A stretch of 62,763 nt of DNA, the filler included, from Coriobacteriales bacterium (GTDB taxonomy: Bacteria; Actinomycetota; Coriobacteriia; Coriobacteriales; UBA8131): the NCBI GenBank assembly GCA_031263105.1. It is 5 parts of 5 records of this genome, joined end to end, with 100 filler letters (N's around TTAATTAATTAA, not from the genome) between each part and the next. Parts side by side here need not be neighbours in the genome. Positions count along the whole stretch, not along the records: positions 19,928 to 33,357 come from JAISGJ010000025.1; positions 33,458 to 59,079 come from JAISGJ010000051.1; 3 more parts are not named here. One strand, 5' to 3'. This document shows, piece after piece, positions 26,513 to 35,362 of the stretch. A model generated the notes under the pieces. That model ran no database searches. It worked only from the letters and a program-made list of their open reading frames with translations, and had not been told where the DNA came from. Position numbers and translations under genes: made by a program. The stretch's first letter is position 1; the number at the start of each line of letters is the position of its first letter.

Positions 26513-27535
26513 ATGGCGCAGCATGGGAGCGTGCCGGGCTTCCCGGGACACCAGGCGGAGAAGGAGCGGCCCCTTGCGCGGGCGCTCGCCAGGCTGAGCC
26601 TGCGCGAACGGGTCATGCTGGGGGTCCTTGCCGCCCTCGTCGCCGTCTCGGCCACAGCCTTCCTGGGCGTCCTGCCCGCCCTCGACAGGCTGGCCTCGCT
26701 CAGGAGCGAGATCGCCGCCCTGCAAGACGAGAAGGCCGCACTTCTCCAGAAGACCGACCTTGCCCCGCAGTACCGGGCAGACTATGAGGGCGCCCTCAAG
26801 GAGTACGAGGACTACCGGCGCTTCTATTATCCCTTCCTGCACCCCGAGGCCATCGACGAGGCTGTGACGAGGCTGTTGCTCGACAACGGCCTGGAGCCGC
26901 TGCGCCTCACGATGGGCCCCCTCACGCGTGAGGACCTGCCCGTCTACGTGGAACGTGCCCTGGCGGCGCGCCCCGTCCCCGTGCTGCGGGGCGGCGCGGA
27001 GGATGCGGTGGGCGGCGCGGGGGCCGCCGAGGGCGGCGCGGCAGCGGGTGCGCCGGGCGGGGCGGGCGCGGGAGATGCGGCGGGCGGCGTTGCAGCGGAG
27101 GATGCGAATGCGGATGCGCCCTACAGGGACGCCGACAAGGCGGCGGAGGCGGCCTCCGTCTACTGCTACACGGTGGACGTAGAAGCGGCGGGCGAGCAGG
27201 CGGCGCTGCACCGCCTCCTTGCGCAGGCACGGGAGCTCACGGCGATGGAGGCGGTCTCCTTCTCGTACACCCCTCCCCCACCCGAAAGCCCCCTCGGCCT
27301 TCCGACCGCAGACATACGCGCGGGCACGGCAGCAGGGGCGGGCGGGGCGGGGGCGGGGGCGCCCGCAGGCACAGCGGCACAAGGCGGCGACATCCGCCTG
27401 CAACTCAAGCTCTATGCCCTCATCGAGGGCGGCGTCCAGGCCCAGGGGACCCAAGGGGCCCAAGGAGCGCAGGGGGCGCAGGGAGCCCAAGGGGCGCACA
27501 GCAGCCCTGTCCCCGACGACCCCGAAGGGCAGTAG
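26513..27535 (+). CDS. PilO/GspM-like membrane protein
   Basis: LSLRERVML plus TM plus coiled coil; position between pilN-like and pilB; Gly/Ala-rich inserts and QGA repeats. Confidence 0.65.
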   Translation: MAQHGSVPGFPGHQAEKERPLARALARLSLRERVMLGVLAALVAVSATAFLGVLPALDRLASLRSEIAALQDEKAALLQKTDLAPQYRADYEGALKEYEDYRRFYYPFLHPEAIDEAVTRLLLDNGLEPLRLTMGPLTREDLPVYVERALAARPVPVLRGGAEDAVGGAGAAEGGAAAGAPGGAGAGDAAGGVAAEDANADAPYRDADKAAEAASVYCYTVDVEAAGEQAALHRLLAQARELTAMEAVSFSYTPPPPESPLGLPTADIRAGTAAGAGGAGAGAPAGTAAQGGDIRLQLKLYALIEGGVQAQGTQGAQGAQGAQGAQGAHSSPVPDDPEGQ

Positions 27536-27536
27536 C

Positions 27537-29279
27537 ATGGCGGAGACCAGACAGATACGCCTCGGCGACCTCCTCAGGGAATACGGCTACCTCGACGACG
27601 AGCAGCTTGACCAGGCGCTCGAGTACCAGAAGCACCGGGACGTCCGGCTCGGGCAGGCGGTCGCCGAGCTCGGCTTCGCGACCGAGGACGAGGTCCTTCT
27701 CGCCCTCTCCCATAAGCTCGGGCTGCCCAAGGTCACGCCCTCCTCCCTCCGCGTCGACGTGGAGGCCGTCGCACGGATACCGCGCTCCCTCGCCGAGCGC
27801 AGCTGCGCCATAGCCGTGGCCGAGAGCGACGGCGTCCTCGACGTGGTGACAAACGACCCCGTCAACCTGTACGCCATCGAGGAGATACGGCACGCGACGC
27901 AACGGCAGCTCCGGCTCCTGATAGGCGACGCGACGGGCATCCAAGACGCCATAGCCCACTATTACAGCGAGGTCGAGGCCCGCGAGGCCGTGAACCGGGC
28001 AGAGGGCGTCTATGCGTCCCTCATGCCCGAGATAGAGCGGATCGACACCGTGGCGCTCGGCGACGACAGCACGCCGGTCGTCAGCCTGCTCAACAGCCTG
28101 ATGACGCGTTCCTACAGCAACGGTGCCTCCGACCTGCACATCGAGCCCTTTGCGGACGTGAGCAGGATCCGTATGCGCATCGACGGCACGCTGATAGAGT
28201 ACGCCGACGTGCCGACCGCCATCCACAGCGCGCTCATCGTGCGCATCAAGATAATGGGCAACCTCGACATCGCCGAGAAGCGCCTGCCGCAGGACGGGCA
28301 TTTCCGCGTCGCCGTCGGGGAGGTGGACCTCAACGTGCGCGTCTCCGTTATCCCCACCATCTATGGGGAGAAGGCCGTCATGCGCTTCCTCACGACGAAC
28401 GCCCCCATCGACCACGCGGGGCGCTTCGGCATGGGCGAGGAGGACTACGAGAGGTTCATGCGGATACTGAGGCAGCCCAACGGCATCATCTACCTCACGG
28501 GGCCGACCGGCTCGGGCAAGACGACCACCATGTACATGGCCCTGGAGCACTTCCGCGCACAGCAGATAAACATCTCGTCCATCGAGGACCCGGTGGAGCG
28601 CAGCCTCGACGGCGTGAACCAGATGCAGGTGAACAACCAGGCCGGCCTGACCTTTGCGGCAGGGCTGCGCTCGCTGATGCGCCAGGACCCCGACATCATC
28701 ATGGTGGGCGAGACGCGCGACCCCGAGACCGCGTCCATATCCGTCAGCGCCGCCATAACCGGCCACCTGGTGCTCTCCACCCTGCACACCAACGACGCGC
28801 TCGCCTCCGTCGTGCGCCTGGAGGACATGGGCATACCGCCCTACCTCGTCGGGAACTCCGTGGTCGGCCTCGTGGCGCAGCGGCTCATGCGCAAGATCTG
28901 CACGCACTGCGCGGAGGAGTACCTGCCGAGCGAGCTCGACCTGCTCAACCTGCGCGAGGGCGACGGGGGCGGGGGCGGCGGGGGCGGGGCCGAAGGCGGG
29001 GGCGGGGGCGGCGGGGCCCCCCGGACGCTGCGGCGGGGCGCCGGCTGCCACGTATGCAACCAGACCGGCTCCAAAGGACGCATCGCGATACACGAGATCG
29101 TCGCTGTGGACAGGAGGATGCAGCGGATGATAGCCGAGGGCGCGCCCGTCTCGCAACTGCACGACTACGCCCGCAAAGAGCAGGGCATGGCGACCCTGCG
29201 CGAGCGAGCGCGGGCCCTCGTGCTCGACGGGATCTGCGGCATGGAGGAACTCCTGAAGATCGGGGGGAACGTGGAGTGA
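27537..29279 (+). CDS. pilB: PilB/GspE extension ATPase with N-terminal MshEN-like region
   Basis: RLGDLL...RLGQ, ASDLHIEP, EKRLPQDG, GPTGSGKTT, RQDPDIIMVGETRD, STLHTN, CTHC...CHVC. Confidence 0.95.
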   Translation: MAETRQIRLGDLLREYGYLDDEQLDQALEYQKHRDVRLGQAVAELGFATEDEVLLALSHKLGLPKVTPSSLRVDVEAVARIPRSLAERSCAIAVAESDGVLDVVTNDPVNLYAIEEIRHATQRQLRLLIGDATGIQDAIAHYYSEVEAREAVNRAEGVYASLMPEIERIDTVALGDDSTPVVSLLNSLMTRSYSNGASDLHIEPFADVSRIRMRIDGTLIEYADVPTAIHSALIVRIKIMGNLDIAEKRLPQDGHFRVAVGEVDLNVRVSVIPTIYGEKAVMRFLTTNAPIDHAGRFGMGEEDYERFMRILRQPNGIIYLTGPTGSGKTTTMYMALEHFRAQQINISSIEDPVERSLDGVNQMQVNNQAGLTFAAGLRSLMRQDPDIIMVGETRDPETASISVSAAITGHLVLSTLHTNDALASVVRLEDMGIPPYLVGNSVVGLVAQRLMRKICTHCAEEYLPSELDLLNLREGDGGGGGGGGAEGGGGGGGAPRTLRRGAGCHVCNQTGSKGRIAIHEIVAVDRRMQRMIAEGAPVSQLHDYARKEQGMATLRERARALVLDGICGMEELLKIGGNVE

Positions 29280-29357
29280 GGGACGGGCGGCCGGGCGGCC
29301 GGGGGACGGGCGGCCGGGGGAAGCCGGGGGAAGGAGCCGTGAGCCAAGGAGGCCTGC

Positions 29358-30422
29358 ATGACGCACTTCACCATTGACGACCTGACCGAGCACGCACGGC
29401 AGAACGACTGCTCCGACGTGCACCTCACGGTCGGCCGGCCGCCGGCCTTCAGGAGGCTCGGCGAGCTTTTCGAAGGGCCCTTCGAAGACACGCGCGACGG
29501 GTGCCGCACGCTCATCCTCTCCCTGCTCGACGGCCAAAGGCGCGAGGCCCTGCAGGAAGGGCACGACCTCGACTTCGGCTTCGAGGACGGCGCGGGGCTG
29601 CGGTACCGCGTGAACGTCTACCGCCAGCACGACGAGCCGGCGGCGGCCATCCGCGTGCTGGGAAACCACATCCCCACCTTGGAGAGCCTGCACCTGCCTG
29701 CGGCCGTCCGACGCATGGCCGAGCAGCCCCGTGGCCTGGTGCTCGTCACAGGGCCGACCGGCTCGGGCAAGTCGACCACCCTCGCCGCGATGATAGACCA
29801 CATAAACACGGAGCGGCGCGCACATATCATCACCATCGAGGACCCCATCGAGTACGTCCACCCCTCCAAGGGCAGCCTCGTGCACCAGCGCGAGGTGCAC
29901 CGTGACGTGCCCTCGTTCGCCGACGCCCTGCGCTCGGCGATGCGCGAGGACCCCGACGTCATCCTCGTGGGCGAGATGCGCGACTACGAGACCGTCAGCG
30001 CCGCCGTGACCGCCGCCGAGACGGGGCATCTCGTGTTCTCCACCCTGCACACCACAGGCGCCGCACAGACCATCGACCGCATCGTGGACGTGTACCCCTC
30101 GCACAGCCAGGGGATGATACGCTCCCAGCTCGCCGGCGTGCTTCGCGGGGTCGTCACGCAGACCCTCGTGCCCCTGGCGGACCGCAGCGGCCGCCGCGTG
30201 GCGACCGAGGTGCTCGTCGGCACCGATGCCGTGCTCAACCTCGTCCGCGAGGGCAAGTTCCACCAACTCGGCTCCGCCATGCAGTCGGGTGCGCAGGCCG
30301 GGATGCACACGCTCGCCGGCGACCTTGCCGCCCTCCTGCGCCAAGGCCTCGTCACACAGGAGTCCGCCGAGTCCGCCGTCCACGACAAAGCGGAGCTGGA
30401 GCAGTACCTCGACGTCTGGTGA
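29358..30422 (+). CDS. pilT: PilT retraction ATPase
   Basis: SDVHL, GPTGSGKSTT, IEDPIE, REDPDVILVGEMRD, STLHT, AVLNLVRE. Confidence 0.95.
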   Translation: MTHFTIDDLTEHARQNDCSDVHLTVGRPPAFRRLGELFEGPFEDTRDGCRTLILSLLDGQRREALQEGHDLDFGFEDGAGLRYRVNVYRQHDEPAAAIRVLGNHIPTLESLHLPAAVRRMAEQPRGLVLVTGPTGSGKSTTLAAMIDHINTERRAHIITIEDPIEYVHPSKGSLVHQREVHRDVPSFADALRSAMREDPDVILVGEMRDYETVSAAVTAAETGHLVFSTLHTTGAAQTIDRIVDVYPSHSQGMIRSQLAGVLRGVVTQTLVPLADRSGRRVATEVLVGTDAVLNLVREGKFHQLGSAMQSGAQAGMHTLAGDLAALLRQGLVTQESAESAVHDKAELEQYLDVW

Positions 30423-30440
30423 GACACTGCCGCCCTGAGC

Positions 30441-30743
30441 CCACTGTCATCCCGAGCCCCACTGTCATCCCGGGCCTCCCACTGTCATCCCGGGCCTCCC
30501 ACTGTCATCCCGGGCCTCCCACTGTCATCCCGAGCCTCCCACTGTCATCCCGGGCCTCCCACTGTCATCCCGAGCCCCACTGTCATCCCGAGCCCCACTG
30601 TCATCCCGAGCCCCACTGTCATCCCGAGCCTGTCGAGGGATCCTCGACCGCGCAAGCGGTCGACCGCAGGTCGAAGGGCCCCCTGACCTGCCGTTGGACA
30701 CAGCGTGTCCAAAGATTCCTCGGCGGGGCTCGGAATGACAGTG
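30441..30743. repeat. Palindromic element core preceded by 10 tandem 18/20-bp arm units
   Basis: ACTGTCATCCCG(A/G)GC at 30443, 30461, 30481, 30501, 30521, 30541, 30561, 30579, 30597, 30615; no GTTAC termini. Confidence 0.9.
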
Positions 30744-30747
30744 AGGC

Positions 30748-30773
30748 GGGACGTCGAGGACGGCGTCCCCTAC
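30748..30773 (-). repeat. GTAG-type REP-like palindrome
   Basis: Reverse complement GTAGGGGACGCCGTCCTCGACGTCCC. Confidence 0.7.
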
Positions 30774-30787
30774 GGGCGGGTGCCTGC

Positions 30788-31756
30788 CTACGTCACATCG
30801 GCGGGCTCGTCGGGATCCGCGTCGGCGGGCTCTTCGGCGCCTGCGTCGGCGGACTCGTCGGCGCCTGTGTCGGCGGGCTCTTCGGCGCCTGCGTCGGCGG
30901 ACTCGTCGGCGGGCTCGTCGGGTTCCGTTGCCGCACACACCAGAATGCAGCGGTACTGGCCGCCGTCGCTCGTGCAGGTGGAGAACATGAAGAGCTTGCT
31001 CACCTCGTCGACTGCCGGCGCTGCGGGCTCGGGGGCCACCACGCTGCGGTCGATGAGGCCCTGCACGTAGGACCGGAACTCCTCCTGCGACTCGAACGAC
31101 GTCTGCAAGACGGGCTCGTAGGCCCCGCTGACCACCATCGAGACGGAGGTCAGCCGGTAGTCGCCCGAGGGGGTGAGCAGGTAGACCGTGCGGTGCGCGT
31201 TGAACTCGGCGGCATCCATGAGCTGGGGGATCTTCGCGAACATGGAGCCGTTCGCCATGTTGTGCGCCTGGACGACGTTGTTGGCGTCGGAGAAGTCGGC
31301 GGCGTTCGCCGCCAGCAGGAAGGGCGTCCCGTAGGTGGGCAGCCAGTTCGCCGCGACCTCCCCGTTGAAGTTGTGGGTGAGGTAACGCTCGTCGTCCGCC
31401 CCCCGCACGACGGGGTAGTTGATTGCGGTGCCGGGCAGGTATATCCAGCCCACGATGTCAGGGTTCACCGCCGCGAGCGCGTCCCAGTCCACGGTGAGGG
31501 TGAAGGGCTGCGACCCGGCCTGCGACCCAGGCTGCGACCCGTCGGTCCCGGCCCCGGCGTCGCCGTCAGCGTCCGTGACGGGCGTGCGCTGCGCCCCGAA
31601 GGCCGTCTCCGCCACCTTGTCGTAGGCGACCTGCCCTTGCCCATACGAGAACGCGTAGGCCGCCAACGCGAGCGCCACGCCCACGAGCACGACGAGGGAG
31701 AGGACAAAGACGACGCGCGCCGCCCTGCTCCTCTCCCGTGTCCTCCTGGCAGCCAT
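30788..31756 (-). CDS. srtB: Class B sortase
   Basis: N-terminal TM, NPDIVGWIYLPGTAINYPVV, AHNMANGSMF, FSTC...R; acidic repeat tail. Confidence 0.92.
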   Translation of the reverse strand: MAARRTRERSRAARVVFVLSLVVLVGVALALAAYAFSYGQGQVAYDKVAETAFGAQRTPVTDADGDAGAGTDGSQPGSQAGSQPFTLTVDWDALAAVNPDIVGWIYLPGTAINYPVVRGADDERYLTHNFNGEVAANWLPTYGTPFLLAANAADFSDANNVVQAHNMANGSMFAKIPQLMDAAEFNAHRTVYLLTPSGDYRLTSVSMVVSGAYEPVLQTSFESQEEFRSYVQGLIDRSVVAPEPAAPAVDEVSKLFMFSTCTSDGGQYRCILVCAATEPDEPADESADAGAEEPADTGADESADAGAEEPADADPDEPADVT

Positions 31757-31920
31757 AGGGTCACCTCCCTCGAATTATTTTCTGTCACAACTATGATACT
31801 ACAGCACTATACTGCTTCAGACGACAACTTGCTTGCGCCGTTCGGACACCGGGAAGCAGGACATGCCCGCGAGGAGGGCGGGTGCTTCCCTGGTCCGAGC
31901 AGCCCCTCTGCTGTTGGCAG

Positions 31921-32609
31921 GTTACTGTTCACACCCCACTGTCATTCCGAGCCTGTCGAGGAATCCTTGATCGCGAAGCGATCAACTGCGATCGGGAGGC
32001 GCACCTGTCCGCAGTCGGCTGCTGCACGTCCCGTGGGCCTGTCGGTTCCATGGGCTCACCCGCTCAGGGGCTCACCCGCTCAGGGGCTCACCCGCTCAGG
32101 GGCTCACCCGCTTAGGGGCTCACCCGCTTAGGGGCTCACCCGCTTAGGGGCTCACCCGCTTAGGGGCTCACCCGCTTAGGGGCTCACCCGCTTAGGGGCT
32201 CACCCGCTGCTTCGCAGCTTCGCCCGGAAACAGCCCACTGGGCTGTTTCCCAACGCAGCTTCGCCCGGAAACAGCGCACTGTGCTGTTTCCCGACGCAGC
32301 TTCGCCCGGAAACAGCGCACTGGGCTGTTTCCCAGTCCACTGGACTGTCGCGCCGTCCTCGCTGAAAACGCGGTGCGTTTTCCGGGCGCTCGGACCCCCT
32401 CCGAGGGAGGGGAATTTAGCACCCCGCGTCGCAGCCCTTGCCCAAGTGCCTTCCGACCCATCCTCGCTGAAAACAGCCCGCCTGGCTGTTTCCCAAGCGC
32501 TCGGAGCCTCCGGAAGAGCGTCGGGGCGGAACCCGCCACCTTGACCTCGTGGGCGAGGGAGAGGCTGCGGCGCTGCCGGAGGCAGCGCCGCAGCCGAGGA
32601 ATGACAGCG
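31921..32609. repeat. Composite repeat tract: MITE left end, 16-bp x10 tandem, 41-bp x3 hairpin tandem, AAACAG-type hairpins, degenerate right arm
   Basis: GTTACTGTTCAC at 31921; CTCACCCGCT(C/T)AGGGG at 16-bp period from 32055 to 32199; CGCAGCTTCGCCCGGAAACAG...CTGTTTCC at 32213, 32254, 32295; GGAATGACAG near 32600. Confidence 0.88.
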
Positions 32610-32625
32610 TGGGCTCAGACAATGA

Positions 32626-32904
32626 CTATCGGTAGTGCCCTCTGCATGAGACGATTGACAGCATGTCGCCGTCTTCGATCTTGTAGACGAGCCTGTTCGC
32701 CTCGTCGATACGGACACTTGAGAGCCCTGTTTTGCTGTACTTGAGCTTCTCGGCTTTCCCTATGGGCGCGTCCTGCCCATCAGGGGTCTCTTGGCCTCGT
32801 TCGATGCCTTTCACGAGCCTGTTGATCCGCTTGAGCGTCCTTTTGTCCTGCGTTTGCCAATAAAGATAGTCGCTCCAAGCCCTGTCGCTCCAAAGCTTCT
32901 TCAC
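32626..32904 (-). CDS. yoeB: Txe/YoeB-family toxin
   Basis: AWSDYLYWQTQDKRTLKRIN, GKAEKLK, RIDEANRLVY, SCRGHY. Confidence 0.93.
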   Translation of the reverse strand: MKKLWSDRAWSDYLYWQTQDKRTLKRINRLVKGIERGQETPDGQDAPIGKAEKLKYSKTGLSSVRIDEANRLVYKIEDGDMLSIVSCRGHYR

Positions 32905-33159
32905 TTAGTCCTCAATCAGTTCGTGTTCGACGACATCGCCGTCTCTCATGGACAGATAGACGCGATCCATCTCTTTGGCGAACTCGTCTTCGGTGGGAAC
33001 GGGAGCGAGCACCGCGAAGGGAAAGCCCCTGTGGGCCACGAACTGGCGGGCGAACACGTTGAAGGCAGCAGCCGAAGTCAGGCCGATGCTCTTAGAGACG
33101 TCATCCACCCCTTTTTTCAGATCGGCGTCCATACGAATATTGAAGGTGGAGGTCGGCAT
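32905..33159 (-). CDS. RelB/DinJ-family antitoxin
   Basis: FNIRMDADLK...GLTSAAAFNVFARQ...GFPF. Confidence 0.9.
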   Translation of the reverse strand: MPTSTFNIRMDADLKKGVDDVSKSIGLTSAAAFNVFARQFVAHRGFPFAVLAPVPTEDEFAKEMDRVYLSMRDGDVVEHELIED

Positions 33160-33183
33160 AGGGTGTCCATTCTCTTGATTCCC

Positions 33184-33223
33184 AATGTATATACATTATA
33201 TATAAATTATGGCACATCGTCAA
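33184..33223 (-). promoter_or_regulatory. TA operon promoter with overlapping palindromic operator
   Basis: TTGACG (33223-33218)-N17-TATAAT (33200-33195); perfect palindrome AATGTATATACATT 33184-33197. Confidence 0.85.
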
Positions 33224-33357
33224 CCAATCGCGTCGCCTCACAATAAAAGTACTCCAACCCCCTTCGTTTCCTCAAAATGAAAAAGTACTTGAAAATCGTC
33301 TCATCTAAAAGGGAAGGAATGAGATGATATGCCGCTTACCATGTCAGAGAAACGATC

Positions 33358-33457
33358 NNNNNNNNNNNNNNNNNNNNNNNNNNNNNNNNNNNNNNNNNNN
33401 NTTAATTAATTAANNNNNNNNNNNNNNNNNNNNNNNNNNNNNNNNNNNNNNNNNNNN
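33358..33457. other. Artificial contig spacer
   Basis: N44-TTAATTAATTAA-N44. Confidence 0.98.
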
Positions 33458-33582
33458 GGGGTGACGTGTAGCATCCGTTGTGTCTTGGAGCCGAATTCTT
33501 CTTGTGGAGCAGAAAGGGTCGGCTGCACGTGCTACGATGAGCATTAGTTAGATTTACATAACATCGAGGCGAAGGAGGGCGC

Positions 33583-34584
33583 TTGGGCGCATCCGGTTTT
33601 TCTGTCTCCCCTACTTTGTCACAGCTCCGGTCGGATCCCCGTTGGAAGACGGACGGGCATGCGCTCGTGCGCTTCTCCCATCTCGGCGAGACCGGGACCA
33701 TGGAGATCGTCCCTGTGTTCGACGGTGTCCTGCTCTGCCTCAACGACTTCCACATGCACCAGGTGCCGAACGACAGCCACGCACAGACGCGGCAGCTGCT
33801 CGTCAACTATTGCGAGGAGGGGCGCTGCGAGGTCAACTTGGGCGACCATGGGTTCGTCTATGTCGATACGGGCTGGCTGAGCGTCGATGCCCATGCGGCG
33901 ACTGACCTGTTCGTGTATCCGACCGGACGCTACAAAGGGGTCGAGTACCTGTTCGACCTCGACGAGCTGGCCCGCTTCACGCCCCAGGCCTTCGTGGAAC
34001 TGGGCATCGACCCCTCTGCATTGCCGGGCATCTTCTGTCCAGACGGCAAGGGGTTCCTGGCACGGGCGCCCGAACACGTCGAATCGATTTTCCAAAGCAT
34101 CTCGAGCGCACGAGCGGAACCGCTGCCCTTTTACCGCCTGAAGACCCTGGAGCTGCTTTACGCGCTTGTGAACATGGACAGGGGCACAGTGCGCAGCAGA
34201 AGGACCTGGCTCACCAACGGGCAGACCATGATTGCAAAGCAGGTGTACGCCGACATGACGGAGAGTCCGCAAAGGCCGATCGACGTCCCGGGGCTGGCGC
34301 AGCGCTTCGGGGTCAGCGCAAGCTCGGTGCGGAGCTACTTTCGCAGCGTATACGGAGAGAACCTCTCCGTCGTGCTGCGTCGGGCGCGGATGGAGAAGGC
34401 GGCGAGGCTGCTGCGGGAGAGCGACCTGCTGGTGACGGAGGTCGCCCTTGAGTCGGGGTACGAGAACCAGAGCAAGTTCGCCGCCGCGTTCCGCAGGTTC
34501 ACGGGGGACGCTCCGTTGGAGTACCGGAGAAAGACGAGATGCGCGGGAGCCGAAGGGGCCGAACGCGCAATGCCGAGAACATGA
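33583..34584 (+). CDS. AraC-family (PchR-like) transcriptional regulator
   Basis: NYCEEGRCE, C-terminal double HTH (RMEKAARLL...GYENQSKFAAAFRR...PLEYR); TTG start with GAAGGAGG RBS. Confidence 0.9.
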   Translation: MGASGFSVSPTLSQLRSDPRWKTDGHALVRFSHLGETGTMEIVPVFDGVLLCLNDFHMHQVPNDSHAQTRQLLVNYCEEGRCEVNLGDHGFVYVDTGWLSVDAHAATDLFVYPTGRYKGVEYLFDLDELARFTPQAFVELGIDPSALPGIFCPDGKGFLARAPEHVESIFQSISSARAEPLPFYRLKTLELLYALVNMDRGTVRSRRTWLTNGQTMIAKQVYADMTESPQRPIDVPGLAQRFGVSASSVRSYFRSVYGENLSVVLRRARMEKAARLLRESDLLVTEVALESGYENQSKFAAAFRRFTGDAPLEYRRKTRCAGAEGAERAMPRT

Positions 34585-34642
34585 GGGTCTGAGAGCGTGA
34601 GAGCCCTCTCGGCACATCACACACAACCGAAGGAGGAACGCC

Positions 34643-35362
34643 ATGTCTGAAGACGAAAACAGGGCAACCGGAGCAGGGTCGCAGGCACCGACGCAGCAAG
34701 AGCCATCTGCCGCATCGCCGGAACCGCCGTCGGCAGCAGCAGCACCCGCACCGACAGCAGCGCCGTCGAGGACGCGCTGGACGGGCAAGGACTTCGTCAC
34801 GCTCGCCATCTTCAACGTCATCCTGCTGGTCGTCGCGATGGCCGTCACCGCCGTGGTAGGGCTGCTGCTTCCCGGGCTCTCCTACGTGGTCGGCTATCCC
34901 CTTGCCGGACTGCTCACCGGCCCGGTCTATATGGTGATGGCGAACAGGATACACAAGCGCGGGATCCTGTTCTTCACCGCCGTGATAAGCGGCGCGTTCT
35001 ATGCGGCGATGGGAGTCGTGCACTATCTTGCCATCTTCGCCGTCGGCGGAATCGTCTGCGAGCTTGCCATGTGGGGCAAGGGAAGCTACCGGCGTGTGCC
35101 GAGGAACGCCGTCGGCTACGCCCTGCTGTACGTCTTCTACTATCTGGGAGGCGTGCTGCCGCTGGTCGTCTTCCGTGACTCGTATCTTGCGGCGGTGGGC
35201 GCGATGTACACGTCGGAGCAGATGGGGGTCATGCTGTACTATTACGGCACGCCGCACATCGTGCTTGTCTCCTGTGCCCTGGCCGCCTGCGGCGCCGTCC
35301 TCGGAGTCGTCGTCGGCGGGGCCTTCGTGAGGCGGCACATCAAAAAGGCAAAGCTGGTATGA
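34643..35362 (+). CDS. MptD-family ECF transporter S component
   Basis: KDFVTLAIF, GPVYMVM...KRG, about six TMs, RRHIKKAKLV end. Confidence 0.85.
   Translation: MSEDENRATGAGSQAPTQQEPSAASPEPPSAAAAPAPTAAPSRTRWTGKDFVTLAIFNVILLVVAMAVTAVVGLLLPGLSYVVGYPLAGLLTGPVYMVMANRIHKRGILFFTAVISGAFYAAMGVVHYLAIFAVGGIVCELAMWGKGSYRRVPRNAVGYALLYVFYYLGGVLPLVVFRDSYLAAVGAMYTSEQMGVMLYYYGTPHIVLVSCALAACGAVLGVVVGGAFVRRHIKKAKLV

Noticed and set aside
32111..32200. TTAGGG telomere-like motif
   Set aside because: It is a by-product of the 16-bp unit (first units read TCAGGG) and is not a 6-bp tandem
30441..32345. Tandem arrays as possible CRISPR arrays
   Set aside because: Units are head-to-tail with no unique spacers, and no cas genes are present
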